From the NCBI GenBank assembly GCA_964519305.1, contig CAZFHY010000013.1, forward strand, positions 52,153 to 116,152: DNA of 64,000 bases, written 5' to 3'. A model generated the notes under the pieces. The model saw only the letters and a program-made list of their open reading frames with translations. It was not told the DNA's origin and made no database searches. Numbering within the stretch: the stretch's first letter is position 1; the number at the start of each line of letters is the position of its first letter. This DNA comes from Candidatus Undinarchaeota archaeon (GTDB lineage: Archaea > SpSt-1190 > JASMDC01). Below, piece after piece: positions 39,459-48,341 of the stretch. A program made the translations under genes and the position numbers.

Positions 39459-40276
39459 GATGAACTGCCCCCGCCACGCCGGAATTGGTCCCGGACCTCC
39501 CGGGCGGCCCCCGGGGAGAGCACGACTGGAGGATGCTGAATCCCGAGCATGGAGAGGACCCTGACAGATGAGGGCGGCTCCAGACCGTTCCTCTCAAGCA
39601 GCTCGACGTCGGCCAGAACCTCGTCCACCGGCCCGTCAGCGACGATGCGACCGTCCGCGAGCACTACCACACGGTCACAGAGCTCCGCCACCATGTCAAT
39701 GTCGTGGCTGGCGATTATCTTGGTAAGTCGCATCCCGCGCAGGAGCTCGATGATCTCGCGCCGCGCTCGTGGATCGACGTTGCTAGTAGGCTCGTCGAGG
39801 ACGAGGAGGCTCGGCTCCATGGAGAGCACCGTGGCGAGGGCGATGCGCTTTCTCTCGCCGAGGCTCAGATGGAACGGAGAACGACCCCCGTACCCCGCCA
39901 TCCCCACCTTCTCGAGGGCAGCATCGACACGCTTCGGGATATCGTCAGGCGGTACGCCCAGGTTCAACGGTCCGAACGCGACGTCATCGAACACGGTGGG
40001 GGAGAACAGCTGGTCGTCCGGGTCCTGGAACACCAGACCCACCCGGCGGCGCACCTCAGGGAGGTTCTCCCGGAGGACGGGCAGGCCGTCGATGTGGACG
40101 CGGTCCGAAGTTTCCAGAACGCCGTTGAGGTGGAGCAGGAGGGTGGACTTCCCCGCCCCGTTGGGTCCTAGCAGCGCCACCGACTCCCCCTCCTCGATGC
40201 AAAGGTCCACGTTACGCAGGGCGCGGGTGCCGTCGGGGTAGGTATAGCTCAAACCCGTCACATCCACGGCCTTCAC
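39455..40276 (-). CDS. cbiO: Ni/Co ECF transporter ATPase
   Basis: GPNGAGKST, FQDPDDQLF, LSLGE, LDEPT. Confidence 0.9.
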   Translation of the reverse strand: MKAVDVTGLSYTYPDGTRALRNVDLCIEEGESVALLGPNGAGKSTLLLHLNGVLETSDRVHIDGLPVLRENLPEVRRRVGLVFQDPDDQLFSPTVFDDVAFGPLNLGVPPDDIPKRVDAALEKVGMAGYGGRSPFHLSLGERKRIALATVLSMEPSLLVLDEPTSNVDPRARREIIELLRGMRLTKIIASHDIDMVAELCDRVVVLADGRIVADGPVDEVLADVELLERNGLEPPSSVRVLSMLGIQHPPVVLSPGAAREVRDQFRRGGGSSS

Positions 40277-41040
40277 GGTGTCACCCCCACGACGCAAGCA
40301 AGGACGAGCACCATCACCAAGGAGGCCGCCACGTCCCTCGACGCCAGTTCCTGTCGTTCGAGCATGGGCAGCTCGCCAGCGTAGCCGCGTGCTGCCATGG
40401 CGAGGTACACCCGCTCCCCGCGTTCGTACGAGCGGATGAAGAGGCTCCCCAAGAGTCCACCGGCGGTCCGTGCGTGCCACATGAACCCTTCATTCCCGAT
40501 GGAGCGGGACGTCCGGGCCCGGACAAGGCGCATGAGCTCGTCCTGTATGATGAAGAGGTAGCGGTACATGAAGGCGAGTACTTGGGCCATGATCCGTGGC
40601 ACGCCCAGTGAACGGGCTCCGCCAAGTAGTGAGGGGAAGGGAGTAGTGGACACCATCAATAGCATGGTGATGGCCGAGAGCCAGGACTTCACGAGCACGT
40701 TCCATACGACGAGGAGGCCCGCTCGCGGGACCTCGAAGCCGGCCCCGAGTGGGACGTAGCCATCAGTCCCGGGCTCCAGGAACGGGGCCCCGAGGGCGAC
40801 GGCGAGCACGAAGGGGAGCACCACTAGGGAGCGGCGGAGGACGAAGCCGGCGGGCACACCGGAGACGGTGAGCGTGACGGCCAAGAGCATACCCACCCCC
40901 GCGAACCGTGCTGTGTTTGTAGGAGGGGTGAGCACCACCAGAAGGATGGTGAGCACGGCCAACACGATCTTGGGGCACGGGTGCAGTCGCTGGACCGGGC
41001 CACTGAGGTGGGCGTACTGGTCCAAGAAGTCATGCTCCAT
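40273..41040 (-). CDS. cbiQ: Ni/Co ECF transporter T component
   Basis: STTPF, MYRYLF, RS.ERGERVY.AM.ARGY. Confidence 0.9.
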   Translation of the reverse strand: MEHDFLDQYAHLSGPVQRLHPCPKIVLAVLTILLVVLTPPTNTARFAGVGMLLAVTLTVSGVPAGFVLRRSLVVLPFVLAVALGAPFLEPGTDGYVPLGAGFEVPRAGLLVVWNVLVKSWLSAITMLLMVSTTPFPSLLGGARSLGVPRIMAQVLAFMYRYLFIIQDELMRLVRARTSRSIGNEGFMWHARTAGGLLGSLFIRSYERGERVYLAMAARGYAGELPMLERQELASRDVAASLVMVLVLACVVGVTP

Positions 41041-41104
41041 CGCACGATTGCTCCCACGGGCAAGCTTGAAAAAGGTTCTTACCGGGTTAAGTGGTGGCCT
41101 CTGG

Positions 41105-41431
41105 TTACTCCTCGTCCTTCTCGGTCCCTTGATCCTTCCCCTCGTCCGACTCCTCTTCCGCTCCCTTGAGCTGTCCACCGAGGAGGATGCCCAGGCCGAA
41201 CATGACCAAGGTGCCGATGATACCGGCGACGGGCCCCTTAATCGCATCATCGAGGCCCGGTACCTCGTAGTCGGGCATGGGGGCAGTAAAGACGTCATGG
41301 CCCTCCCCCTTCTCAATGAATCCTTTGTCCTCGGCCACTCGTTCAAGACCATCCGGGTCCGGCGAAGCGTAGGGCGAGAGGAGTGCTGCCATGATAAGAG
41401 CGATGATGAGTGCGGTGTACTTCCATTCCAT
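41105..41431 (-). CDS. PDGLE-domain NikN/CbiN-type component
   Basis: AS.DPDGLERVA, APMPDY. Confidence 0.88.
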   Translation of the reverse strand: MEWKYTALIIALIMAALLSPYASPDPDGLERVAEDKGFIEKGEGHDVFTAPMPDYEVPGLDDAIKGPVAGIIGTLVMFGLGILLGGQLKGAEEESDEGKDQGTEKDEE

Positions 41432-41444
41432 GACTATATCCCTC

Positions 41445-42080
41445 CTAGACCTTCTCCAGTTCCAGCAGGTCAGGCCGCGTTCTCATGACGAATCCGACCA
41501 CCCCCACCGTGATCGCTGCCTCTACCACACCGATGATGGCATGGACACCCACCATGGCGGGCAGGACGATACCGAGCGGGGAGGTGCCGGAGAGGGCCAG
41601 CTCAACGGAAGTGGCAGCCGATGCGATGACAACCGCAAACCAGGCCGCCACCGCCGAGCCCACGAGGAGCCCGTTCTTACCACCGACAACACCCTCCACG
41701 GCCCGGAAGATATAGTAGCCGAGGATGGTGCCGATGAGGCCCATGTTCACTATGTTCGCGCCCATAGCGAGCAGCCCACCGTCCTGGAACAGCACGGTTT
41801 GTACCGCGAACACAGAGGCCATGATGATGGTAGCGGTCCAGGGGCCCAAGAACACCGCGGCGAGCACGCCACCGAGCATGTGGCCCGAGGTGCCTGCCGC
41901 AATGGGGACGTTGAGCATCTGGCCGGCGAAGATGAACGCCGAGAGCACCCCCATCAGGGGAACGGCCCGCTCACCGAGCCGCTTGTTGGTCTGCTGAACG
42001 GCATAGCCCACCACGCCGATGGTGACCAGCCATAGTATCCCCCATATTGGGGTCGAGAGGAATCCGTCGGGAATGTGCAT
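41445..42080 (-). CDS. cbiM: Ni/Co ECF S component
   Basis: N-terminal MHIPDGFL, GTSGH, FQDGG, H..IG..E. Confidence 0.92.
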   Translation of the reverse strand: MHIPDGFLSTPIWGILWLVTIGVVGYAVQQTNKRLGERAVPLMGVLSAFIFAGQMLNVPIAAGTSGHMLGGVLAAVFLGPWTATIIMASVFAVQTVLFQDGGLLAMGANIVNMGLIGTILGYYIFRAVEGVVGGKNGLLVGSAVAAWFAVVIASAATSVELALSGTSPLGIVLPAMVGVHAIIGVVEAAITVGVVGFVMRTRPDLLELEKV

Positions 42081-42101
42081 ACTTAACGGGTTAAACAAGA
42101 A

Positions 42102-42128
42102 GTATTAATAATTTTCAATAAGTAACAC
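42102..42128. promoter_or_regulatory. Probable NikR operator
   Basis: GTATTA-N15-TAACAC between divergent cbiM and nikR, overlapping TATA-like sequence. Confidence 0.7.
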
Positions 42129-42133
42129 CTAAC

Positions 42134-42568
42134 ATGCAGAAAAATAACACGGATGTTACGGATGCTGACGAGAGGATAACACGCATCGGCGTGAGCCTTC
42201 CTTCCTCCCTGCTCGAGGGTTTCGACGGCATGATCCGGGACGAGGGCTACACCACCCGTTCCGAGGCCATCCGTGACGCCATCCGTGACGCAATGGCGCG
42301 ATGGCGCGGGATGGACGGCGCGGGGCAGTACGGCTCAGCAGTGATCACGTTCGTGTACGACCATCACGTCCCACGTGTGGCGACCGACATCCTCGACGCA
42401 CAGCACGAGTACCACGACATCATCGTCACCACGGTCCACCACCATCTATCACATGAGGAGTGCATGGAGGTGATCCTCGCCAAGGGTCCCTTTTATCAGG
42501 TCCGTTCCCTGGCCGATCGCATCCGCTCCCGGCGTGGAGTGACGCTGGTGCGGGTGATGCTCTTCTGA
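42134..42568 (+). CDS. nikR: Nickel-responsive regulator
   Basis: RIGVSL..FD..GY..RSEAIRD, YDHH, QH, HHHL..C.E. Confidence 0.93.
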   Translation: MQKNNTDVTDADERITRIGVSLPSSLLEGFDGMIRDEGYTTRSEAIRDAIRDAMARWRGMDGAGQYGSAVITFVYDHHVPRVATDILDAQHEYHDIIVTTVHHHLSHEECMEVILAKGPFYQVRSLADRIRSRRGVTLVRVMLF

Positions 42569-42594
42569 ACCGCGGCCTACACCGGCTCGTGCTA
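42567..42594 (+). repeat. 28-bp direct repeat, copy 1
   Basis: GAACCGCGGCCTACACCGGCTCGTGCTA; 27/28 identical to 43287-43314. Confidence 0.85.
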
Positions 42595-42633
42595 TCAGAA
42601 ATCTTAAAAAACAGACAGACATCAAGGCATCCG

Positions 42634-43164
42634 ATGCTCCAGTATAGGGGTAGGACGGAGTCTGTTCCAAGGACAGCCGGGAGGACGACATATCGGAAAT
42701 GCTCCCTGCTCCTACTTATCGCCTTGGCGGTAGGTGTCACCGGTTGCACCCGGGCCCCAGAGCAGAATGTGCAGATGGTAGAGTTCCTGAGTGGCCACTA
42801 TCCCAAGGGCAGCTCCGGAGAGGGCATCTCGACGCGATGGATGGCGGCCAACTCCACATCGGTGCTAATGAACGTCCAGGTCAAGAGAGGATCGATCTGC
42901 GAGGTCTTCGTGAACGGCACGTTCAGCGTCTCGGGCCAGGACATACGGGTGAATCTCATCAACGGCAGGGCCCACGAGTGTATGCCCTGCCCACATAGGA
43001 TGAAGGCGCAACGGATGCATAACGTCACGCTCGGAACGGTGGTCCAGGACACGCTGATGAGGCTGCCCGATCCAGGAGTGAATCCCGGTATGGACGTGCG
43101 CGTCGACGTTACCATTGATGGCAACGCAACCTTCACGACGACGCTACCCGTCCGGGCACAGTGA
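42634..43164 (+). CDS. Hypothetical lipoprotein
   Basis: Hydrophobic stretch ending VTGC (lipobox-like), several N-x-S/T sequons, TATA-like CTTAAAAA at 42603. Confidence 0.55.
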   Translation: MLQYRGRTESVPRTAGRTTYRKCSLLLLIALAVGVTGCTRAPEQNVQMVEFLSGHYPKGSSGEGISTRWMAANSTSVLMNVQVKRGSICEVFVNGTFSVSGQDIRVNLINGRAHECMPCPHRMKAQRMHNVTLGTVVQDTLMRLPDPGVNPGMDVRVDVTIDGNATFTTTLPVRAQ

Positions 43165-43286
43165 GCAAACCGGACGCGCGGATCTTGGAGACTACGGACA
43201 CCTCGCCATGCACACCCCGCTTCCCTCGCAGGCCAGAGGATTGCCGACGAGCCCTCGGGCCTGACAGAGGATCGCAAGACCCGACC

Positions 43287-43314
43287 GAACCGCGGCCTAC
43301 ACGGGCTCGTGCTA
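43287..43314 (+). repeat. 28-bp direct repeat, copy 2
   Basis: GAACCGCGGCCTACACGGGCTCGTGCTA, 720 bp from copy 1. Confidence 0.85.
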
Positions 43315-43547
43315 CTCATGGTGTCGGAGCACCGAGTCGCGGGTGAACATGTTCGGGGGGCGGAAGGCCTATCCCAGTGGGCCACCCGGGACCAGCAATA
43401 TCTAACTGATCCTGCATTATGTCGCATGTCATCGGTCGAACGACAAGTAGAGGTATCAAAGTCTACCCTTTCGAATGACATACCGCATTATGATGCATCA
43501 TCCTGCCGAGGCATAACGCTTTAACGTTCGAAGCCCTATCCGGTGGC

Positions 43548-45470
43548 ATGTGCGGTCGCGCCCTTGCCCTTGTCCTCATCCTCATACTCCTTCCCGCGTC
43601 GTCCTGGCTGCAGGTCGCCACGCTGGGACTCGGCCCCGTCAACGCCGCCGCCGCCGACGGGAGGCTTTTCGTGGCCCACGCCGACGGCAGGGTGCGGGCG
43701 TGGGAGCCCGACGGCACCCTCGCGGGCGAACTGCGCGGGCACACGGGCGGTGTCATGGACGTAGCGGCCGCCGGCAGCGTGGTGCTCACCGCCTCCAAGG
43801 ACGGCACCGTCGGCGTGTGGGACTCAACAAGCCTCGCGCTCGTCCGCACACTCCCCTGCCACCGGAGCTGGACCATGTCGGTGACCGGCGACGAGCGGTA
43901 CGTGTATGCGGGGACGGCGGGGTACACCCTTCACGTATTCGACCGCGAGCTTGACTACGCCCTGACGAGCGAGATCGAGCCTGGGGGAGGGGCGGTGCTT
44001 GCTCTGGCGACTTCCAACGGGACGCTGTACAGCGGGCACGAGGACGGTGTGGTGCGCGTGTGGACGACCGGTGACCGGTTCAGGCGCCAGAGCGTCATCC
44101 GCGCCCACGGCTCGTGGGTTCTCGACATCGCCGTCGGTCCGGACCGTCTCTTCACCTCGTCGCGGGATGGATGGGTGCGCGCCTGGTCGCTTCCCGGCCA
44201 CGAGGGTGCGTGGGAGCTCAAGGGAGCGCCGATGTCGGTGCGGGGCATCATCGCCTGGCGCGATGATGTCCTCGTCGCCCGCGACAACGGTACCGTGGCG
44301 CGGGTCCGCGGGAGCGACGGCAGCGCCCTGACAACCTGGGAGCTTACCGACTGCTCACCCCGCGAGGTGACGGTCGTCAATGGCTGGGCCATGGTACCGT
44401 GCGGGGACGGGACCGTCCGCGGCTGGGACCTGGACGGCGGCGATGTGCCCTCCCTCTCGTTCCCGCCCGACGCCCCCTGCCATCTTGGCAGGGTCGTGTC
44501 GGTGCTGGCGGCCGGACCGGTCGTGTTCACCGGCGGGATGGACGGGACGCTCGCTGCCTGGGACGCGGCCACGCTCCGGCCCGTGGCCTGCATCAACCAC
44601 ACCTCGGCGGTGAACGACCTAGCCTACTGGGCAGGCATGGTGCTTGCCGCTCAGAGCGACGGCGACGTCCACATCCTCGACCGGTCCACCTTGGGGCCGG
44701 AGGGCAGCCTTGGTGGCCACACGGGACCCGTCAACGCCGTCCATGTCCACGGTGACCGGGCCTACACAGCGTCGGACGACGGGACGGTGCGGGTGTGGGA
44801 CCTGCCCGGCGGACGTTCCCTTGCGGTCCTTGCAGGTCACACAGGACCTGTGGCCGATGTCCATGCCGATGACCAGTACATCTATTCGGCCTCGGACGAC
44901 CACACTGCGCGAGTCTGGGATGCAACGAGCCATGCCGAAGTGACCGTGCTCGACGGCCGGGGGATGGGAGTGCGCGCAGTGGTCTCCGATGAAACGTACG
45001 TGTACACCGCTGGCGACGACCGGGCAGTGCACGTGTGGGTGCGGGGGAACTGGACGCATGTACGCCGTCTCGCCGGTCACGGTGACTGGGTTCTCGCTCT
45101 CGCCCGTGACGACCGGTACCTTTACTCGGGAGGGAAGGATCGCGACGTCCGTGTCTGGGACCCTGGCGACTTGGAGGCTGGACCGGTCGTACTCTCCGGC
45201 ACTGGGAGCTGGGTGACCGCGCTCTCCGCCCAAAGACATCGCTTGTTCGCGGCCTCCGCCGACGGCACCACGCGAGTATGGGCGGATCCGGTTCGGATGT
45301 CAAAGGCCAGCCCGCATTCGACAGCGGCTGCAACAGTGACACTTGGTCCCCCTCCCACCGCGACACCCCGTCGCCAGAATCCCCCCCTCGGCCGGGGGAC
45401 TGCGCTCCCCGTGGTGATGGCCGCTATCGTGTTCGCGCTCGTGGCGGGATCGATATCGAGGAGAGGGTAG
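43548..45470 (+). CDS. Secreted, C-terminally anchored WD40-repeat protein
   Basis: ~14 GH..(S)DGTVRVWD-type repeats, signal peptide, Pro/Thr linker, TM + RRG tail. Confidence 0.85.
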   Translation: MCGRALALVLILILLPASSWLQVATLGLGPVNAAAADGRLFVAHADGRVRAWEPDGTLAGELRGHTGGVMDVAAAGSVVLTASKDGTVGVWDSTSLALVRTLPCHRSWTMSVTGDERYVYAGTAGYTLHVFDRELDYALTSEIEPGGGAVLALATSNGTLYSGHEDGVVRVWTTGDRFRRQSVIRAHGSWVLDIAVGPDRLFTSSRDGWVRAWSLPGHEGAWELKGAPMSVRGIIAWRDDVLVARDNGTVARVRGSDGSALTTWELTDCSPREVTVVNGWAMVPCGDGTVRGWDLDGGDVPSLSFPPDAPCHLGRVVSVLAAGPVVFTGGMDGTLAAWDAATLRPVACINHTSAVNDLAYWAGMVLAAQSDGDVHILDRSTLGPEGSLGGHTGPVNAVHVHGDRAYTASDDGTVRVWDLPGGRSLAVLAGHTGPVADVHADDQYIYSASDDHTARVWDATSHAEVTVLDGRGMGVRAVVSDETYVYTAGDDRAVHVWVRGNWTHVRRLAGHGDWVLALARDDRYLYSGGKDRDVRVWDPGDLEAGPVVLSGTGSWVTALSAQRHRLFAASADGTTRVWADPVRMSKASPHSTAAATVTLGPPPTATPRRQNPPLGRGTALPVVMAAIVFALVAGSISRRG

Positions 45471-45832
45471 GATGCGTGTGAAGAATCCGTAGTGAGCGTT
45501 CAGGTCACCGTCGTCGTCCGTTCTACAGGGTATCATCAGAGTCAGTAGATCATGGTGACGTCATCTTACACGAACAAGGATTCCTCGACCAGCTCCCGTA
45601 CGAGCGCCTTACCATTATACTATCCACATGTCCCCGCCCCCACTAGCGCCTCACGACGCGTGCATGGAGATTATCCTTGCGAACGATCCTTTCGGACGCG
45701 TCCGCGTCCAGTCACGGTGTAGTGTGAGGCTGGGAGTTTCTAGGTGATGAACCCAATCAGGTCATCAATGTGGTCCGGTGAAAATCCATATCTATTTATG
45801 ATTGTTAAGCCGTTAAGTCCGAGTGTGATACC

Positions 45833-46000
45833 ATGTGTGGCCCCGCCGATCCAGCGATATTTAACCTGATGATCCACCGGCTCCTTGTCACTGCTGCAAG
45901 CCTTCTCTCATTGGCCGCACTGCAGAACATGGTCCGTCACGTCTCACTTGAGGGCGTCGGGCGGACCTGGGAGCGCGCCCGGCCGGTCGATGCATGGTAG
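45833..46000 (+). CDS. Possible 55-aa small protein (below ORF-track cutoff)
   Basis: TATA-like TTTATGA, GTGAT ribosome site, hydrophobic core, stop overlaps next start (ATGGTAG). Confidence 0.3.
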   Translation: MCGPADPAIFNLMIHRLLVTAASLLSLAALQNMVRHVSLEGVGRTWERARPVDAW

Positions 46001-47013
46001 TCCCCTTCGAAGCAGTTCCTGTGGGCGTCGTGCACTCCACCATAGAGCGGCCGCGGGACATGCCGATCCAGGGTGTCCCGGCCACCATCGAGATCCTACC
46101 AGAGTACGCGGAGGCCCTCTCAGGCATCGAGAACAACTCGCACATCGTTGTGTTCTGTCACATCCACGAGGCGGACCGTGACGTGCTTTCGGCCCGACCG
46201 CGCAAACTTGGCGAGGGGTTTCCCGAGCGTGGCGTGTTCGCCATGCGAAGCCCAGCACGCCCGAATCCCATATCCCTGTGCGTCACCCGTCTCGTGCGCC
46301 GCGACGGGGACGTGCTCCACGTGGACCCCCTCGACATGGTGGAGGGAACTCCCGTCATCGACATCAAGCCCTACTCGCTCGGATGGGACTGCATATTCTC
46401 CGCACGCTCCCCCCGCCCCCTCATCGACAAGCGCATCGAGCCAGAGGCGGTCATGGAGGACTGCCTGCGCATGGCGAAGAACTTCCACGGGAGTTCCTGC
46501 CCCGGCATAGTCATCGGTGTCAGGGAGGTCCTGGCCGCGCTGCGGGAGCTGGACATCCCGAACCCGCGCAACTCAAAACGACTCGTGGTGTTCGCCGAGA
46601 GCGACCGGTGCCTTGTTGACGCTATCATGGCACTGACGGGGTGCACACCGGGCCGGAGGACCATCAAGCTCGTCGATACGGGCAAGATGGCCGCCACATT
46701 CCTCGACACGGAATCGGGCCGCGCCGTTCGTGTAGCGCCACGTGAAATGCCCTCGCTCGGGGACGTGTCGACGCGGGAAGGCCGCCAAGAGGTGTCGCAG
46801 CGGCTCAAGTCCATGAGCGAGGACGATCTCTTATCCATCACCGAGGTGCGGGTGGAACTCGCCAAGGAGGACCTGCCGGGAATGCCCCGGTTCTCCTCAC
46901 GCTGTGACGAGTGCGGTGACAGGATCAGGGACCGAAGGGAGGTGGAGGTGGATGGAAGAACGCTCTGTAGACAGTGCGCCGGACAGGGTTACTACACCGT
47001 CGTCAAGCGGTGA
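45994..47013 (+). CDS. TsaA/TrmO-like SAM-binding domain fused to FmdE domain and C4 zinc finger
   Basis: GVFAMRSPARPNPI, GTPVIDIKPY, FHG..CPG, C..DA..GCT.G, CDECG..CRQC. Confidence 0.85.
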   Translation: MVVPFEAVPVGVVHSTIERPRDMPIQGVPATIEILPEYAEALSGIENNSHIVVFCHIHEADRDVLSARPRKLGEGFPERGVFAMRSPARPNPISLCVTRLVRRDGDVLHVDPLDMVEGTPVIDIKPYSLGWDCIFSARSPRPLIDKRIEPEAVMEDCLRMAKNFHGSSCPGIVIGVREVLAALRELDIPNPRNSKRLVVFAESDRCLVDAIMALTGCTPGRRTIKLVDTGKMAATFLDTESGRAVRVAPREMPSLGDVSTREGRQEVSQRLKSMSEDDLLSITEVRVELAKEDLPGMPRFSSRCDECGDRIRDRREVEVDGRTLCRQCAGQGYYTVVKR

Positions 47014-47626
47014 GGCACCGGCAGGGATCGACACCATCCGCGCCGCGCTCATCGGTGGTGCCGGCGGATTTCTGCTCGCCTTCACGGCGCCCCAACAAGG
47101 CATCTCATACGTCATGCACCAAGTGCTCGGCCTACCGGGACCCGGCGCCGGGATGGGCATGATGGTCGGTCCATGGGCCGCCTTCTGCTGCCTCTCCGCT
47201 GCGATGCTGGTACGACAGCGAAACGCAGCGCTGGTGGCAGGGATGTGTTTCTCGCTTACCTACAACGTGCACGCGGCCCTGATCCCCCCTCTGGGTGAAA
47301 ATCCCGGGATGTTCGGGAGTCTGCGGTTCGGCCCGGGCCTCTTGCTCTTGGGGATTGTGGTCGAGGTGATGTGGTCGTTGACTCCGCACCTGTCCCGCGG
47401 TCGCCGGCTCGCTATGACCGCTGTTGCTGCGAACCTCGTCTTCCTCGCGTATACGTGGATCGTTGTGTTCCCCATCACGAAGGGATGGATCGCCCCGATG
47501 GACGCGCTGGTCATCGCTGTCGCGAGCGTCCCGCCAGCTGTGGTCGCCGGTGTGGGCTTCACCTTGGCCTCATTATCAGTGGTGATGGGGCCCCGACCTA
47601 CAGGCAGTGATATGGAGGGCGATTAA
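46904..47626 (+). CDS. Hypothetical membrane protein (start uncertain)
   Basis: 5-6 hydrophobic segments from ~47040 onward. Confidence 0.5.
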   Translation: MTSAVTGSGTEGRWRWMEERSVDSAPDRVTTPSSSGEAPAGIDTIRAALIGGAGGFLLAFTAPQQGISYVMHQVLGLPGPGAGMGMMVGPWAAFCCLSAAMLVRQRNAALVAGMCFSLTYNVHAALIPPLGENPGMFGSLRFGPGLLLLGIVVEVMWSLTPHLSRGRRLAMTAVAANLVFLAYTWIVVFPITKGWIAPMDALVIAVASVPPAVVAGVGFTLASLSVVMGPRPTGSDMEGD

Positions 47627-48307
47627 GTGACGACACCTAGAGCAATACACCTAGAGGAGGACAAGGACAACCTCAGGGCGGGCTTTCTTGAATATACGAG
47701 AAAGGCGTTCCGGATGCTCCCTACCATGGACCGGCCCCGTATCCTGGACATAGGCTGCGGTTCTGGCATACCCACCCTGGAGCTGGCTCGGTTGAGCGAC
47801 GGGGAGATAACCGGGATTGACATCGACCAGCATCCCCTAGACAAGCTGAAAAAAAGAATCGAGGAGACCGGGCTGTCGGACCGGATAACGACCGTGAAAG
47901 GCTCCATGCTCGAGATGGACTTCCCGGAGGGGAGTTTCGATATCATCTGGGCCGAGGGATGCATGCATACCATAGGCTTCGAACGGGCGCTCAGGGACTG
48001 GTATCGGTTCCTCAGACCGAATGGATTCATCGTCATCCATGACGTGCTCGGCAATGTCCAGGAGAAGCGCGGATTGATAACACTCCAGGGGTATGACCTC
48101 GTCGGACACCTCCCCCTGCCCGATGATGCCTGGTTGGACGTGTACTATGGGCCGCTCGAAAAGCTGGTCAAACAGCTTCGTGTGCAGCATCACGAGGATG
48201 CAGAGGTAAGTAGGATGCTCGACAAGGAGCAGCGCGAGATCGAGGTCTTCAAGAAGGATCCTGTATCGTTGAGAACCGGATTCTTCATCATCCAGAAGCG
48301 CGTATGA
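47627..48307 (+). CDS. Class I SAM methyltransferase
   Basis: ILDIGCGSG, FDIIWAEG, LRPNG. Confidence 0.9.
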   Translation: MTTPRAIHLEEDKDNLRAGFLEYTRKAFRMLPTMDRPRILDIGCGSGIPTLELARLSDGEITGIDIDQHPLDKLKKRIEETGLSDRITTVKGSMLEMDFPEGSFDIIWAEGCMHTIGFERALRDWYRFLRPNGFIVIHDVLGNVQEKRGLITLQGYDLVGHLPLPDDAWLDVYYGPLEKLVKQLRVQHHEDAEVSRMLDKEQREIEVFKKDPVSLRTGFFIIQKRV

Positions 48308-48341
48308 TACCCCGAAGGCATATGTAGAAGAAGGCGTAGGA

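Noticed and set aside
42974-42996. Heme c motif in the cassette lipoprotein
   Set aside because: The sequence is CMPCPH (CxxCxH), not CxxCH
42567-43314. CRISPR array
   Set aside because: Only two repeats, 720 bp apart, enclosing a gene; no cas genes
45471-45800. ncRNA (C/D-box-like GTGATGA at ~45744, small hairpin GGACGCG-TC-CGCGTCC)
   Set aside because: No properly spaced D box or recognisable RNA fold; insufficient evidence
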